From Negaprion brevirostris (taxonomy: Eukaryota), in NCBI GenBank assembly GCA_030324005.1, contig JARDVH010000084.1:92988417-93052416 (forward strand): 64,000 nt of DNA, read 5' to 3'. Of the stretch, positions 50,400-63,500 are shown piece by piece. Position numbers and translations under genes: made by a program. The notes beneath the pieces are model-generated. The model saw only the letters and a list, made by a program, of their open reading frames with translations, had not been told where the DNA came from and did no database searches. How positions within the stretch are numbered: the first letter of the stretch is position 1; each line of letters starts with the position of its first letter.

Positions 50400-51990
50400 G
50401 ACCCACTGAGCAACTCATATTTGGAAAATAAAGCTGAAAGCGCGTTTCATTCGCTTTTGGATAAGGAAACTAAATATTTGAAGCCTGACTGAGTTCCCAG
50501 CTTTTCCATGCATTCTGTAAGTAATTAGCCACCGTCCGCGGAGCACTGACATCTGCCTTGGCATACTCTTTAACCCTTGTGGAGAAGGGGTGAGTGAGAA
50601 TCATCATTGCGTACGTTCTGAATGACTGCTTTGGAAGATATCAACACAAAATGATATGAAAACCTGAACAGAACCCTTACAGAGAGCTCGCAAGTCGAAA
50701 GCATCATTGCCCTCGAGCAAAGCAGTACAAAGAGGGTGAACACTTTACAATGTGTCCTGAGATGGTGTATTGAGAAAATGAAGTGTGTGGAGTTGCATTA
50801 TCAATGGACTTCCTCCAATGGTGTTTGCAGGTCTGGGGATGCATAACACCAACTTCAAGCGGAAAGCACAAGTAAACATTAAATTTTTGAATGTACCCGA
50901 TACGTAAACTAAGGAATTAGTTTGGCCTCTGTATCACACGCATGAGGAATCTAAATATGTGATCATCACTACGTTTATGAGCAGGTATTTCTTCACTAGC
51001 CATTATATACTATAACATAGTTTTTTGACCGCTCACTGGGGGAAAAAAAGAAACAACATGTCTTTGGTCGCAGCACAGAGGACACTTATTTCAATGATAT
51101 CCATTCATTAACAACTCTGCTCTGAAACAAAAAAAATCACCGTATTCGAACCTCACCACCCGACAAAGAGAGTTAATTACGGAAACGCTTGCAACCTGGC
51201 CCAAATATGAAAACCAGGAAAGAAAACCCGTCAGTGCGGATGTTGCGAAACAAGCTCAGGAGCAATTTACAAACCAGCGGAAATATCTACCTAATCCTGA
51301 AAAAATGCGTATAGAATGTGGGATCAACAGGGAATTCTTCAGAACGTCGAAAATGACAAGATTGTTAGCTCAGAAAATTTATCTGTGAAATGTTTTAATA
51401 CTGGATTTTTTTAACGTTAGGCAATGTATCGTCCCATTTAATGTCCATTAATTGCCACAGCCATCTTGTGAAACAACAAATTAACATTTCTGCAATGAGA
51501 AGTCCATGACCTGCAGGTAAAAAATTGTGCTATCAGTATCTTGGACATTGCGAGTTTTGGAGTAAAGTGGACATCCACTTCTTATGCAGTTACGTAAGTA
51601 ACCGACCTAAATCTTCCACTCAAGCCACACCAAATAAATAGTATAGCTGGGGAACCAGACTGGTTTCTTGAAAATCTGAGCCACTGGCGCCGCAATCTTC
51701 ACAGTTCTATAAACGCAGAACGAATGTCACGATCAAATTAATCTCTTTTCATTATTTGGGTTATATTCCCAATTCTTCGAGCACCACTGACGCAGTAATA
51801 CTGTGGATTTTTTTGTTTAAACCGAATTTGGTTTATTTGATAGAGCTGAAAATTGAAGTTGCCATTTTGAGTATGGGATGAAGTGACATTTCTCGATTGT
51901 TCTAAGCATGCTGAAGCCTTTGATGAACACAATGGCTTGGAACATGGCTGGCAATGCCAATGCGCTTTTTATTATAATATTTCACGAACG
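50400..51990 (+). mobile_element. Possible decayed Academ-like relic A15
   Basis: VDIHFLCSYVSNRPKSSTQATPN near 51567-51635 (cf. xDxxxxLSxxLxPxPxSxATPDG); otherwise weak. Confidence 0.3.
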
Positions 51991-51999
51991 TTATTTGGA

Positions 52000-53100
52000 T
52001 GTTTAATTCGAAATGCTAATGAAATGGACACCTGCTTCAAAATAAGCATACATCACTACAGACTGATGCGGCAGAATTCTGCAGCTTACATACCAGATAT
52101 CAGGATATCGTAATTGTGCTTTGCCAATGACTGTGCCCTTTCGTTACACTGTGAGAATGAACTTCATAAATTGGTTTTCAAAGCAGAAAACGAGTGTTGC
52201 TGTGTTTTTTTTTTTGATCAACAGAAGTAATATATTGCATCAAACAACAGGATATGACTGCAACTCACGAACTGTAGTGATCACATATTAAGGTAACTGA
52301 CAAACTCTTCTATCTATGATCGAAAGGTCTTGCAACATATGCACAAGTTTTGACAGAGAAAACAAAGCCTTAGGTCAGGACCTTACATTATGACAAATGA
52401 AATTAATTATCTGCCATAAAACAAGACAGACTATGCACAAGATCATCATAATATTTGTTTTTGTGTGTGAGTCATGGACTTGCAGAAATATCGACGCATT
52501 GAATTGCTGTCACATGCTGTTGCACTCGGCAAACAAAGGGTATTGAATGAAAAGAAGAAAGTGTGTTGTCATTTCAACTGGAATATGGGCATGAGATGTG
52601 GCCCTCGCCATTTAGCATGGTTGTGGAGGCTGTCCATGAAAGCATGGTTGCATGGCAAAGAACCAGGAATCAATATTTTCAGTTATGTCGATTGATTGGA
52701 GTACTCTGATAAAAGACAAAGTTGACATAAAACATTATAATTGCTGATTTTTTTTTTAAATAAAACATTCATTATCAGAGACATGGACAGCCAGAATGGA
52801 AATACAGTGAAGATGACAAAGAATATAGTCTCCGAAGGCGTCATACATTCGGAACACCATCTTGAAGTTGTCTTTTGAGATAAGTCATGCTCAAGGATCA
52901 AGCTCACTTTAATGTCGAATCAAGGGAAATATGGCATGTCCGCAACACATTCGGAAGAAACAACCAATTAGGAAGACATTTCAAATAATAGCGCAGTTTC
53001 GATCGAGCAGCAAATAAAATGGCAGCAAAGAAAATGCCCACGTTAAAAGACTGTGCAGTCGGAGCAAAATAGGGTATTTATTCCGATCTGCAGCGCATAA
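52000..53100 (+). mobile_element. RTE-clade LINE RT/C-terminal remnant
   Basis: LCFANDCAL..ENELH near 52114-52170 (cf. LLFADDCALxAHSExDLQ); VKMTKNIVS..VIHSE near 52807 (cf. VxRMxxxRxPKxxxxGE). Confidence 0.55.
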
Positions 53101-53189
53101 TAATATCCATACTTATAATAAGCTCAAAAGACACAATATTATCCAGAAAACTGGACTGCATCGGGAGGAAAAGGTCAACTTAAATTATG

Positions 53190-53760
53190 ATGGAAACAGA
53201 ACTTAGAGTCGTAAAACAAGGAACTTGCTTTACATTTGTGTAGGAGTATATTTTCACCTCAACTATAGCATTCGCGTGACTTCTGGGCACCAACGTTTAA
53301 CATGGGTGTCATGGAAAGAATGCACAAAAGCTCTACAGGAAAATCCAGGATCCAGGAATCAACATTATTCAATTCTGTGCTTTAGTTGAATAAGTCATGT
53401 CTGTTTTACTGGGAAAAGAGACGTTTAGGATCTAAATTGCTGGAGACATTCGAAATTAGCACGCTCTTTGAAGAGTGGAGAAACAGGAGTTGTTCCCATC
53501 CATGAAATGACAAAAAACACAGCAGACTGTGATTTTGAGTAAACTGTGGTTGGTGAGGGAGGTGGGGTGGTGATAGAAGCAACATGTCAAACACGTGGTA
53601 ATCATCGTGGATACATTGATATAGAGTGAGATGGAGTCATGCTAAGTTGAGGAATTCTCAAGCGAATTTATTTTCGAAAAATAAGAAGTGTACAGGGTAA
53701 AAGAGGGAAGTGAAGGCAAACAGTAAGTGAATTGGTATTTCAGATCTCGAGCCCTACGGC
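53190..53760 (+). mobile_element. CR1 ORF2 3' remnant, decayed
   Basis: 'cctcaactatagcattcgcgtgacttctgggcaccaacgttt' (cf. PQLEYCVQFWAP) and 'aaacacgtggtaatcatcgtggatacattg' 3' motif. Confidence 0.55.
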
Positions 53761-53949
53761 ATAAGCCACAGACATCGTTCTGTGTAACAAGCAGTCTTTA
53801 ATTCCCTGCGTTTTTTTTTTCTGCAACACGTCCTATTCATTTTGAGATGGGAGCTGAGTTAGAAATTTTGCGTTCCTGAGTCAAGTGTTTTAATGGGCTT
53901 TGGTTGTAAGGTTGAAAGAAACTTTATGCCTACCTCGAAGAAGAGCGGG

Positions 53950-56050
53950 ATATTAAGAAAACATTTGTATATCGTATCAGACAATGGTTACAGCACAAAT
54001 GGATGCAACTGATTTCCCTTGTTCATGTTGGCTCTCGGCAACAAAGTTTCAGCTAGTTCACTCCAATGAAGTCATGCAAAATGCACTTTCATCGATCGGA
54101 TCATTCAATGGAGTGTTTTTTTTTCGATGTTTAACTATAACATTGAAGAGGAACATGAACAAACGGACAGCCACAATTACTATGAAAAACGAATAAATTG
54201 AGACAGGATGTGAATCATTTATGGATGGGAGACAAAAGGAGGTGAATCAACGTGCATGGTTTTCAGATGGATGTTTGCAAGCCATTTGGTTTGTCCCAAA
54301 ATTAAAGCAGAATGCGGTAAGCAGACGTTGGAGTCTCCATATTGTAACATTTAATACGAATTCGCTGCAAGCATTCATTCGAAATTCCCTAAAATATCAT
54401 AATGTTCCCAAATTGGAGGCAGTGTGCAATATCACCGAATTCACGGTTTCTGAATGCAAAAAAAAAAAGTCGGGTCTAATATTTTGAAGTATTGTTGTTT
54501 TTTGAGGCATATTATTGAGTTCGGTTGAAGTAGAAACTAAGCAATATTGTTGTTGATGTCTGTTGTTAAAAAAAGTTAGTTTTTTTTTTCATCTAAATAA
54601 CTCCATTCTATGCTGTTCAGTTGCTGACATAGCACTGCAACACAACCTACCTCACCTCCACGGCAGAGTCAAGTTACTTTTCGTAATATATATCCAGGCG
54701 GAAGTGACAAAAACTCAATTATCTTGTGTTCTACTTTATTCAAAGTAAATAATACACCGTGGTGGTTCTGGGCGGAAAAACGGCAAGGATACTGCAACTT
54801 CATTTCTGATACATCCATAAAATAAAGTCATACTAACGAGGATAATCAGTAGCTTTCAAATAAATTAGAAAATGTATATATCAACCTGAGCATGGCTAGA
54901 AACAGATCTTATAAGAATTTACAACTTTTGTAACGTTAGCTTAGAAATACCAGTAAAGGATCTTAGGCGACAAAATAAAACGAATAAATTCATATAGCCT
55001 GTTGTCGTACTTCCAGTGATCCAGAAAAAGACCCAGACTCAGTGCAACAGTACTGGATTTTATTATTATTATTATTATTTCTGCAAAGTTCCCCGATTCC
55101 TTAACGGCCCAAATCATTTGTCGATTGCAAGTGGGGCGTAGCTTGTCAAGAAAAACAACGTGGGAAATAACATTAAACTATGTTGAAATATAGGTTAGTA
55201 GGCTTGACATTATTCGTCAAAATAATGATCGAGTACTTTCTTTGGGAAGCACAATATTATTGTACGTCAGCCAGGCAGATTGATGCGATTTTACGGATAT
55301 TTTGCAAATTCAGTACGGTTTCTTTTTTTTGAGAATGTAACAAGTATTACAGGTTGTCGACGCCTGTAGAGATAATATGTTTTGATTCAAAAATAAGTTC
55401 TTCTGTAAGCAACAATGTTTGATGTGCATTATGCATTCGCATGAAGTCGAGGACAATGTATTAACATCAACTGAAGACATGGAACAGACAGAATGTAGGC
55501 CATGCGGAGAAAAATTACATTTTTAAATTTGTCAGACTGCGCCTCTAGGGGATTTTAATTAGATCTCAGAGCTCAGATATTTACATTCACCAACAACTTA
55601 AATTAAAAACCTAGAGCAACGTATTTTATTTTGGATCACAGGAAAAGTTTTTACAAGTTCAGCCAGTTAGGAGAATCCAAATGCAGAACAATAAGATAGA
55701 AACAGTGTAGTTGAGCGGGTAAGATGTGACACAGCAAAAGTGAAAGGTTCGTAACAAGAGTACAATTAGACAATCTAAGCCGACAGCATGGAGGTTTTAA
55801 GTGCTGACTTGCAGGCCGGGCTGACTGCACACATGCGCACCAGGAGTAAAGCGAGTCTTCAGCGACAGCTAACGATTAGGAAGGTAAATTGAACGCTTGT
55901 TTTCACTGAAATTATACATGGAAGATGAAATATTGCAAATGTGATGTAATTGCAGATACTTTTGTCCAGTCCACACATAGCAAAGTAAAATATATTTGTT
56001 TAGCAGATTTTCGATGGGGTCATGGGATAAAAGGCTCATCCAATTTTGGA
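53950..56050 (+). mobile_element. Decayed Academ-like transposase relic A16
   Basis: FMLAL../FFFDV..NY near 54020-54140; LKQNAVSRRWSL..VCNITE (ORF 54221..54487); FSQLGES 55658-55678; LTAHMR ~55821; CNCRYFC 55945-55965. Confidence 0.6.
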
Positions 56051-56299
56051 GGATGAAAAGTTTCTTATGTTTGGAAGGGAAATAAGGAATAGTTTTCCTT
56101 AAACTTTGAAAATTGCCAAAGTTTTTTTTCAAAATCGAGGAAACATTTGTTTTCCACGAATTTTGGAATGAACTAAACAACGCCACATGCCGATGATCCG
56201 TTCAGATTAGTTAGAGTAGGGCAGAGTCTACTTTGTTTCGTTTAGGGATATTTCCATAATTTCTGACCCCCTTCCCCCTCTTCCGTATTGCAGTTTTAT

Positions 56300-59100
56300 C
56301 GTTCAGTATGCACAAGGTTTGGAATATTTCTTGATGCACAGAAGTCAGGAAATCATTGGATGCGGGAAATGATTATGAATGTGAAAATCAGGCAGACGTT
56401 AAGTCAGTTTCGAAATACCACAGGAAAGAGTTCCAGTTTCATATTCTTGTTCACCCTTTTGTAACGTGTACAGAAAATCGAGGAATATTCTTTTTTTTTT
56501 CTTTTGGTGCAGATATTCCTCAATTTCATACCACAGATCGTATAATTTTATATAAATAATTCCCAAATAGTCGTGATTGCTTACTGGTATCTTGAAGTAG
56601 TTTTTTGAATTCTGAATTAAATAATCAAAAATGAATTGCATTTTACATATGTCAATGGGAGTGGCATTTTGAGTAAATAACTAACTGCATGCAAAGAACA
56701 AATCATTAAGATAAATCCATAAATACATGTAGAATTTTGCTTAACAAATCACACATATTTCTACACGCGAGGCAAAATAAAGATTTGATCTTTTTGTAAG
56801 GAGATCTCCAATTATTACATGAAGGCAGAATTCCTATATTTCGCTGGCATCACGTAAATGTAAAATGTCCTCAACAAAACAATTCAAACTTCATCCTGTT
56901 GATGTCAAAAACAAAATCTTAGAGTAAGCAGGTAATTTACTGTGGGAGACATCAGCAATGCCATTCATTGATGCCTCCTCACCAATTGCCGAAAAAGATT
57001 TCTGATTTGACAGAGACTCGCCAGTTTAGGCATTAGGTACATGGATAGTTGACGTTGACAGCAAAGTTTGATTAAATTATATAACCTTGTTCGATCATTA
57101 ATTTGAACATTACAACAAAGATTTTCATGAAAGCTAAACACTGTTCCCAACACATCATTGGCAAATATTAACACTATTTAAGATAGAGTGCATGCACATG
57201 CAATCCTGTGGCTCGAGCTTCCAGAGTGTTGTAGAAATATACTGAGATAAATACCTAATTCTTGTGGTCCTCACACATTGTGGTGGTAATATGTCTATAC
57301 ATGACCCAATTGTCACCGCTGCTTAATAAATGCATAGCTACCATCACAATTTCAAATTGGAATGTTCACAAATGCTTGCACAATGTTCAGCATCATTCGT
57401 CTGTCTCCTCAGTTACTGAAGCAGTCTCTGTCGAAGAGAAACAAGACCTGGGCAATAAATAAGTTTCGTCTGACAAGTGACAAATAATATTGTGCCATCC
57501 AAGAACAAGATAATTCCTAACTCCAGCAAGCGGGCAGCTGACCATTTCTCCTTGTCACCTCAAGACGCCATTGCCACTTAATATCCAACAATGAACATAA
57601 TTTACCAGAAACCGCACTGGACTAGCCATATAAATACTATGGTTACAAGAAAAGGTGAAAGGCCAGTAGCCCTGCTGTGCATAACTAACCTGCTAACTCC
57701 CAAAAACGGACAACCAGCTAAGTAGAACAACTCAAGAGTGTAACGGGATACTTTCCCCTCACCCGGGTTTGGCAGCTCCAAGAACACTCTAGTAGCTTAA
57801 TGATATCTAGGGAAAAAAAAACATCTACTTCATTCACATCCCTTAGGCACCTCCAGAACTACGGATGCACAGGAGAACCATTGTCTCCCATTTACAAGAT
57901 GCACTGCAGAAAATCAGCAACGCTGCTCTAATAGCACCGTGTGAGTCCTAACATCTAGGGCAGATGCACGGGAACACCACAATTTGGAAATTTCAACATA
58001 AGCCACTCAACAAACTTACTTGAAATATTTTGTCGTTCCTTCACTGTTGATGGTCAAAATCCAGTAACTCCATTCCTAGTGATGCCTGGGTCACATTATA
58101 CCACAGTGACTGTTAAAGAGAGCACCACACCGCTAACATCGAAGGACATTCCGGAAGGACAAATGAATTCTCGCTTAACCAGAGAACATCACATCCCTGA
58201 ATCCAATGTCCTACGATGTGTGGAAAAAAAATCGTATCTTAGCACAGAGGCCCACTATCTGCTTGTGCATGGAACTATCATTCTGATAGGTGAATAGATT
58301 TAGAGCTCGATTATCCTGCAGCTATGGAATTATGGTCCGGCATACATTGAAAAACCATGATTATGCACTCTACGCTTAGTAGCAAAATGCTGGATTAACA
58401 CTCGTTCAGGGAGGAGATTTCAAGTGTGTGCANNNNNNNNNNNNNNNNNNNNNNNNNNNNNNNNNNNNNNNNNNNNNNNNNNNNNNNNNNNNNNNNNNNN
58501 NNNNNNNNNNNNNNNNNNNNNNNNNNNNNNNNGGCTAAACATTGTGTAGAAATCGCAACACTGAAGATCATGCAGGGTAAACAATAGATTAACAACATTT
58601 CGCCAGAGTTCAGTGATCAAGTAATGTAAGGGACAAACAACACTCGCAAAGCCATTGTCGGCATTCTGAAATTTCGCAAAAACTGTAGCTGATATCTTCA
58701 AGAAAATTCCCATGACATTTTCAGTGCTTGAAATCAGAGAATAAGAATGAATATTCTAAATCATTTTAGTCTGATGAACATTTTGTCATACTTCGCTCAT
58801 AATGCAAATTTCCCAGGTTCTGGTATGCACCCAAGTAGATTCACCAACACCAGAATATGAAAGCAAAGCTGTGTGAACTGCTTAGAATGAACACCCTCCT
58901 ATCGGCAACTGACCGACTGTTTGAGGGAAGATTTTTTTTTTAGAAATTTCCAAGCTTTTAGCGAAGATTCTCCAACTGAAAAGAAAATAGAAATGTTGAC
59001 TATGTCTGGCAATGTGCAGAACTGTCCGATTTTCTTTTTCATTTCAATCTGGCAGGTTACCACCTCAGCAGTTCATTACAATACCAGCACAATGATGAAC
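56300..59100 (-). mobile_element. Decayed Academ-like transposase relic A17, split by a LINE
   Basis: KAWKFL..IGG (~58895-58960); SGVGE..W; HYERSM (~58787-58804, cf. HYxRxxR); NWVMYRH (~57290-57310, cf. RWxxxRH); MLIFANDVL..ENLCC (ORF 56965..57174). Confidence 0.55.
57440..58210 (+). mobile_element. CR1/L2-group LINE RT C-terminus to 3' end
   Basis: 'caagacctgggcaata..ctgacaagtgacaaataatatt' (cf. QDLDNIQAWADKWQVTF); 'ccagaaaccgcactggactagccatataaatactatggttacaaga' (cf. DQKLNWTSHINTVATR); 'gggaacaccac..gtcaaaatcc' tail. Confidence 0.8.
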
Positions 59101-60630
59101 ATTGCCGTCAGCTGTGTTCAATGATAACTGTCTTATAAAGTATGAGCGATGTCGCCTCCAATATTATTCTGAGTCGTTACTACCGTGCTTGAAACATGTC
59201 ATAGCAAGTTGAAATCCAGTAAATGAGCGATTTAGAGGCTATCGAACCTTTAAGGATCCATTTGGTTAGAAGAGCATGTGTCGCACAATGTTGAAATCAA
59301 CATGGATCAGACATAAATGTCGCACCTGGTTGAAGTTATATTCAGCACAACATGCTGATCAGTAGACAGCCCGGACAGTAAAACAGATCGCTGCAAGAGA
59401 TTAGCAATCATGAACTTGGCACAATCAAATTGAGGCTTCTTGAATGACCTCCCAAGCATCATAGAGAAAACTCCGTGTTTTTTTTGTGCTGCAGAGCTCA
59501 CAATTTATTGGCTTCCATTCATTGCTCAAATGGAACTGTCGCTCACTCATGTGCAAATAAGACATCTCCAATATTCAAACTGGGGCTGTTACGGGACATA
59601 TGGTTTTCAATGTTAAAAGTGTGAGGCAAGGAATATTTAACTGGCCATTTAACACAAAAATTAAGCCGTTCAACTAAACTTAACAAGGCAAAACCATGGA
59701 CACAATACCCATGCCAGCAATTCAGAGACTAGATTTTGCGAACAAATCAATAGCCTTACTCAGCAAGTCTTGTATCAAATCGGCAGCACACAAATCAGGA
59801 ACATCTGGAATGCCTCCAGCTGTCGTAGTACATTCAATTCCGAAAGCATTGAAAAATGTTGATGCAACCATAGCATAAACGATGGCACATTTTCATCAGC
59901 CAAAGTATTAATAGGTTCAAAAAGTCATGAAAGGTGCAGCATTTATGAATTTAGTTGAGAACTTTCCATAAGTTTAGACAATGTTCCACATAAACAACTT
60001 GTCGAAGCTGAAATGGAAAAAAAAACATCAGCGGAGAGATGGGACGGTAAGTGCCTTCAAGTTCTCCGCAATAAACAAAAACTGTCTCTTCTTGGAAGCA
60101 TATCGCCATTTCTTGGCAACTTTCGTGCCACAGCCATGGAATTCCTTGTAAGCAAAAGTTTGCTTTTGCTATATCCACCACGTGGATTGTTGTCATTGTG
60201 GACGGTTGGACACTAGGACCTTTAAACATGCGATTAACAATGGAAGTTATTTTATTGTTAACAACTATGAAACAAGGAAACAAGCACAATTCAATCAACC
60301 AAAATTTGGAATCCGACAAACTATTTGAAATTTTGGCACCGAATGCCATATAATACAAATCAACACACTGTACTAACGACGGTGATTGTACTAAAAATAG
60401 TTCTCCAGACCTTGCTATGCAAAGATGACTCAAACGAATTTATTTCCCCTTGCCCCTGTAAAACAGCTGCTTGTCACTCACTCCCAGAACGCATATATTG
60501 TTGGAACAATCTGAAAGTATGACCACCACGCCTGTGCCTAAACAGTGTGAATATCAGTGAGGTTTCTGCGGACAAGTAATTGCATTGTAATTGCATTCGC
60601 CAGTTGAGAAAGACACATTGAGTGAGATGC
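59100..60630 (+). mobile_element. Decayed Academ-like transposase relic A18
   Basis: LQEISNHELGTIKLRL 59391-59438 (cf. LxEVLSHELGPxPxSL); HMVFNV; DFANKSIALL (ORF 59696..59878); CNH ~59863; LGNFRAT (ORF 60013..60216); MTTTPVP..CNCI near 60520-60600. Confidence 0.55.
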
Positions 60631-60649
60631 AGACCGATTCAATGTGATT

Positions 60650-62850
60650 TTCAGGAATTTGGCGCTGAGTGGGAATTAAGTGCAGCGGATTAAGAGCTGC
60701 TTTTTGTTTTCATTTCTCGCTTTCTAACACTTACATTTTCAGATTTTTGTTTGTTTCCTGCTGCAGTAGTAAGAAATAAGGAGAGAGAGCTGAGTGGTAA
60801 GTCGCGGAGCAGGGCAAATGAAGCAGTTCAAGAATAAATTAGATTGAGTGGAGTTTCTGGGAGATAAAAAAGGCGTGCGGAAGTGGTGTAAGATCAAACA
60901 AAGCTTCTGATTACCGATACGACCTGATAGGTATTTTCATGGCATTAAAGTAGCCCATTGCCTATCACTGAGATAGGCATTAATAAAACAAGTATTGTGT
61001 AATACTGTACAATTGCCAGTGGAGTGTTTGGGAATAAACGAGTTTCTTTATTATCTTAAAGAAATTTTGAGTTGCCGTGCCTTCGTTCAAGAGACAAACT
61101 GGCATAATCGAGTGGAATATCATGGCAGGAGACCTCAAAACCGGGATAAACTCCTCTTGCAAAAGTTGGGGAATCAGAACATTGCGCCCGCGTTGACCAT
61201 GTGGGCAGAGGAAATGTCCAAATGCAACTGCGAGATAACCGACTTTCGCAGCAGCTGCTGCGGTTGAACTCAATGCGGCGCCTCCAGAATTCCGAGCGAC
61301 TCATGTTCAGCAATTTTACTGGGGTGCTGACATTGCAGTTGAGGAGGTATCTGGCAGACATGGACGAGTGATCAACAGAAACAGTAAATGACTCAGGAAG
61401 ACAGTGCTGTGGGCCCCTGTAGTCATTGACCTTTCAAGCTAACATATTGAATTTGATATTGATGGGGAATGGCCTCTTAGGGAAAAGCAGAAGCAGCCAT
61501 GTTCAGGCGCCATGGATGACTTTGCTGATCAGAGGGCCGGCATGAAAACAAATGGTTTGCCTTTCGTCACAGGGAATTCAATAGGCGGGGGCAGAGAAAG
61601 ACGCTTTGTTTAAAGCGGACTGAAGAAAATTCATTAAAGAAAAAGGAATAAAATTATAGGCCAGTTAGCCGTACATCAGTCATGGGATAATGAGTTGAGT
61701 CAACTGTCACGTCGAAAGTCATGATTATTTCAGGAAAAAACATTGATGAATGCAAGGAGGTGGATGATGTGTACATGAATTTGGCATGCATTTTACAAGG
61801 TCTCACATGAAATTCAAAGGGTTCATTCAAACAACAGTCTTATGTGGATCAGACGTTTGCTGGTATCAACAAGCAAAAGTCGGTTGGTGCCACGTGAAAT
61901 GGCAGGTTGTTCCAAATCGTTTTCCACGGTGTTCGATTCTTGACTCTTGAGATTTTAGTTTTATATCAATGATTTTGATGTGAACTTCAGGGTATGATTG
62001 GAACATTTGCAGGTACCACCATTTTTAATATACTATCGATTTTGGAGTGGGCCGTAAATTCGAGCTGGATCTTAAAACGTAAATGTGTGAGTTGATGCAA
62101 TGAAGGAGGTCAACCAGTTAAAGAAATGCGCAATAAATAGATATCTATGGCAGATGAAGATACATAAATCGGTGTACAAGTATCAAGGCAGCAGTGCAGG
62201 TACACTGTGGATTGATCGACTTCATCGGCAGATGCATGAAATATAAAAGTCACTGTATGATGTTTCAATTACATGAAACACTGTTGCGCCATAATTAAAA
62301 CAATGTGTATGTTGAGCTAGTCGCCTTGTTTACAAGAAGATCGTAATATTTGTGGGAAAAGAAAATGCACAGAGTTTTGCAAGTATGTTGTTAGGGCTAG
62401 AAAAGTGTAGCTTTGAGCAGACATTGGATAGGTTAGGATTATTTTCCAAGGAACGAAGGCTGATAGGTGGCTTCATAAAGGTGTACAAAATTATGTCGGG
62501 GTGAGAAGCAGTAGACAGGACACAATTGCTTACCTTGTCGGAAAATTTTAGGAAGAGTGGACATAGATTGAAGTTATGTTCTTCCACATGCAAAGGGAAA
62601 ATGTGGATTTTTTTTTCACACAATGAAAGGTGGGGCTCAGCAGTTCTCTAACCCAAGTTAGTGATGAATGCAGAGGCCTTACACTTGTTAAAAAAAACAC
62701 ACACATTGAATGCAACTTAAGTGCAATGAGCTGCAGGGGTATGGATCGGGTTCAGGAAGATGGCTTAGAGATGTCATCTGGATGCCCTCGGGTTTCATGG
62801 ACGATATGAATCGAACGGCTTCTTTCTTTGCTGTTCTACGGTTTCTATGG
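60650..62850 (+). mobile_element. CR1 LINE with 5' region and ORF1, large internal deletion, RT and 3' end
   Basis: MAGDL at 61122, DHV..KC..QL Zn-finger remnant and esterase GNSI..RRF near 61570-61610; then directly NYRPVSRTSV near 61652; RT remnants; RLGLFSKERRLIGGFIKVYKIM near 62430; tail near 62850. Confidence 0.8.
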
Positions 62851-62869
62851 AGTGCAATTTAATGACAAT

Positions 62870-63500
62870 TTAAAGCATGACGGACCCAACAATCTCCACG
62901 CAAATTAATAAAACCTAACATTGTTATATTGTATAAGTTTAGATTCGTTTATTTGGTATCACGTTTCATGCACAGATCAGTTCCAACATACAAAGCACGA
63001 ACCCGGAGGCAAAGGATGAGAGCGTATGGTTACTCGACAACAAGTGCCTTTCCGGCTGACCCTGTGAGAAAAAAAAAACCTGGCCTTTTCAAAAAAAAAC
63101 ATTCGATGCCTTGGCATTTGGCACGATGTATTTCAATAGATCTGCACATCCTTTGGTGTAATCCGTGCTCTCATTGTACAGAAAAGTGTCTGCCGTTTGC
63201 TGCATCGCAAACACACATGTATTTGAATACGTATCTGAGCAGGAGTCGGCAATTCCGCAGACATTTGTTCACATATGTTTTGATTCAATAAATGGCACTC
63301 GCATTGCATCAACTAATAATATAATAGCTTTTTGACGAAATCTAGAGAACTATGAGCCAGAAGGAAATGAATGGCCACGATGCAAGTTTTCGATGACCAA
63401 AATGACATCTGAGTGCAACGTAAACTACACCACTGACTAACTTGGTCGAAATGTCTGCTTCCCTGGCATAAATCTTACTTCATCAACTCATTTTCAAAAT
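62870..63500 (+). mobile_element. Decayed Academ-like transposase C-terminal relic A19
   Basis: YGYSTTSAF..RKKK (ORF 62929..63291, cf. TGCDTTSAFxGxGKKK); EK/VCRL near 63180; ALALH near 63295. Confidence 0.6.

Noticed and set aside
60959-60979. 8-bp stem hairpin tgcctatc/gataggca
   Set aside because: Too short to be significant in 64 kb.
60995-61267. 90-aa ORF that looks protein-like
   Set aside because: It overlaps the CR1 5' region and ORF1 start in a different frame; there is no independent support.
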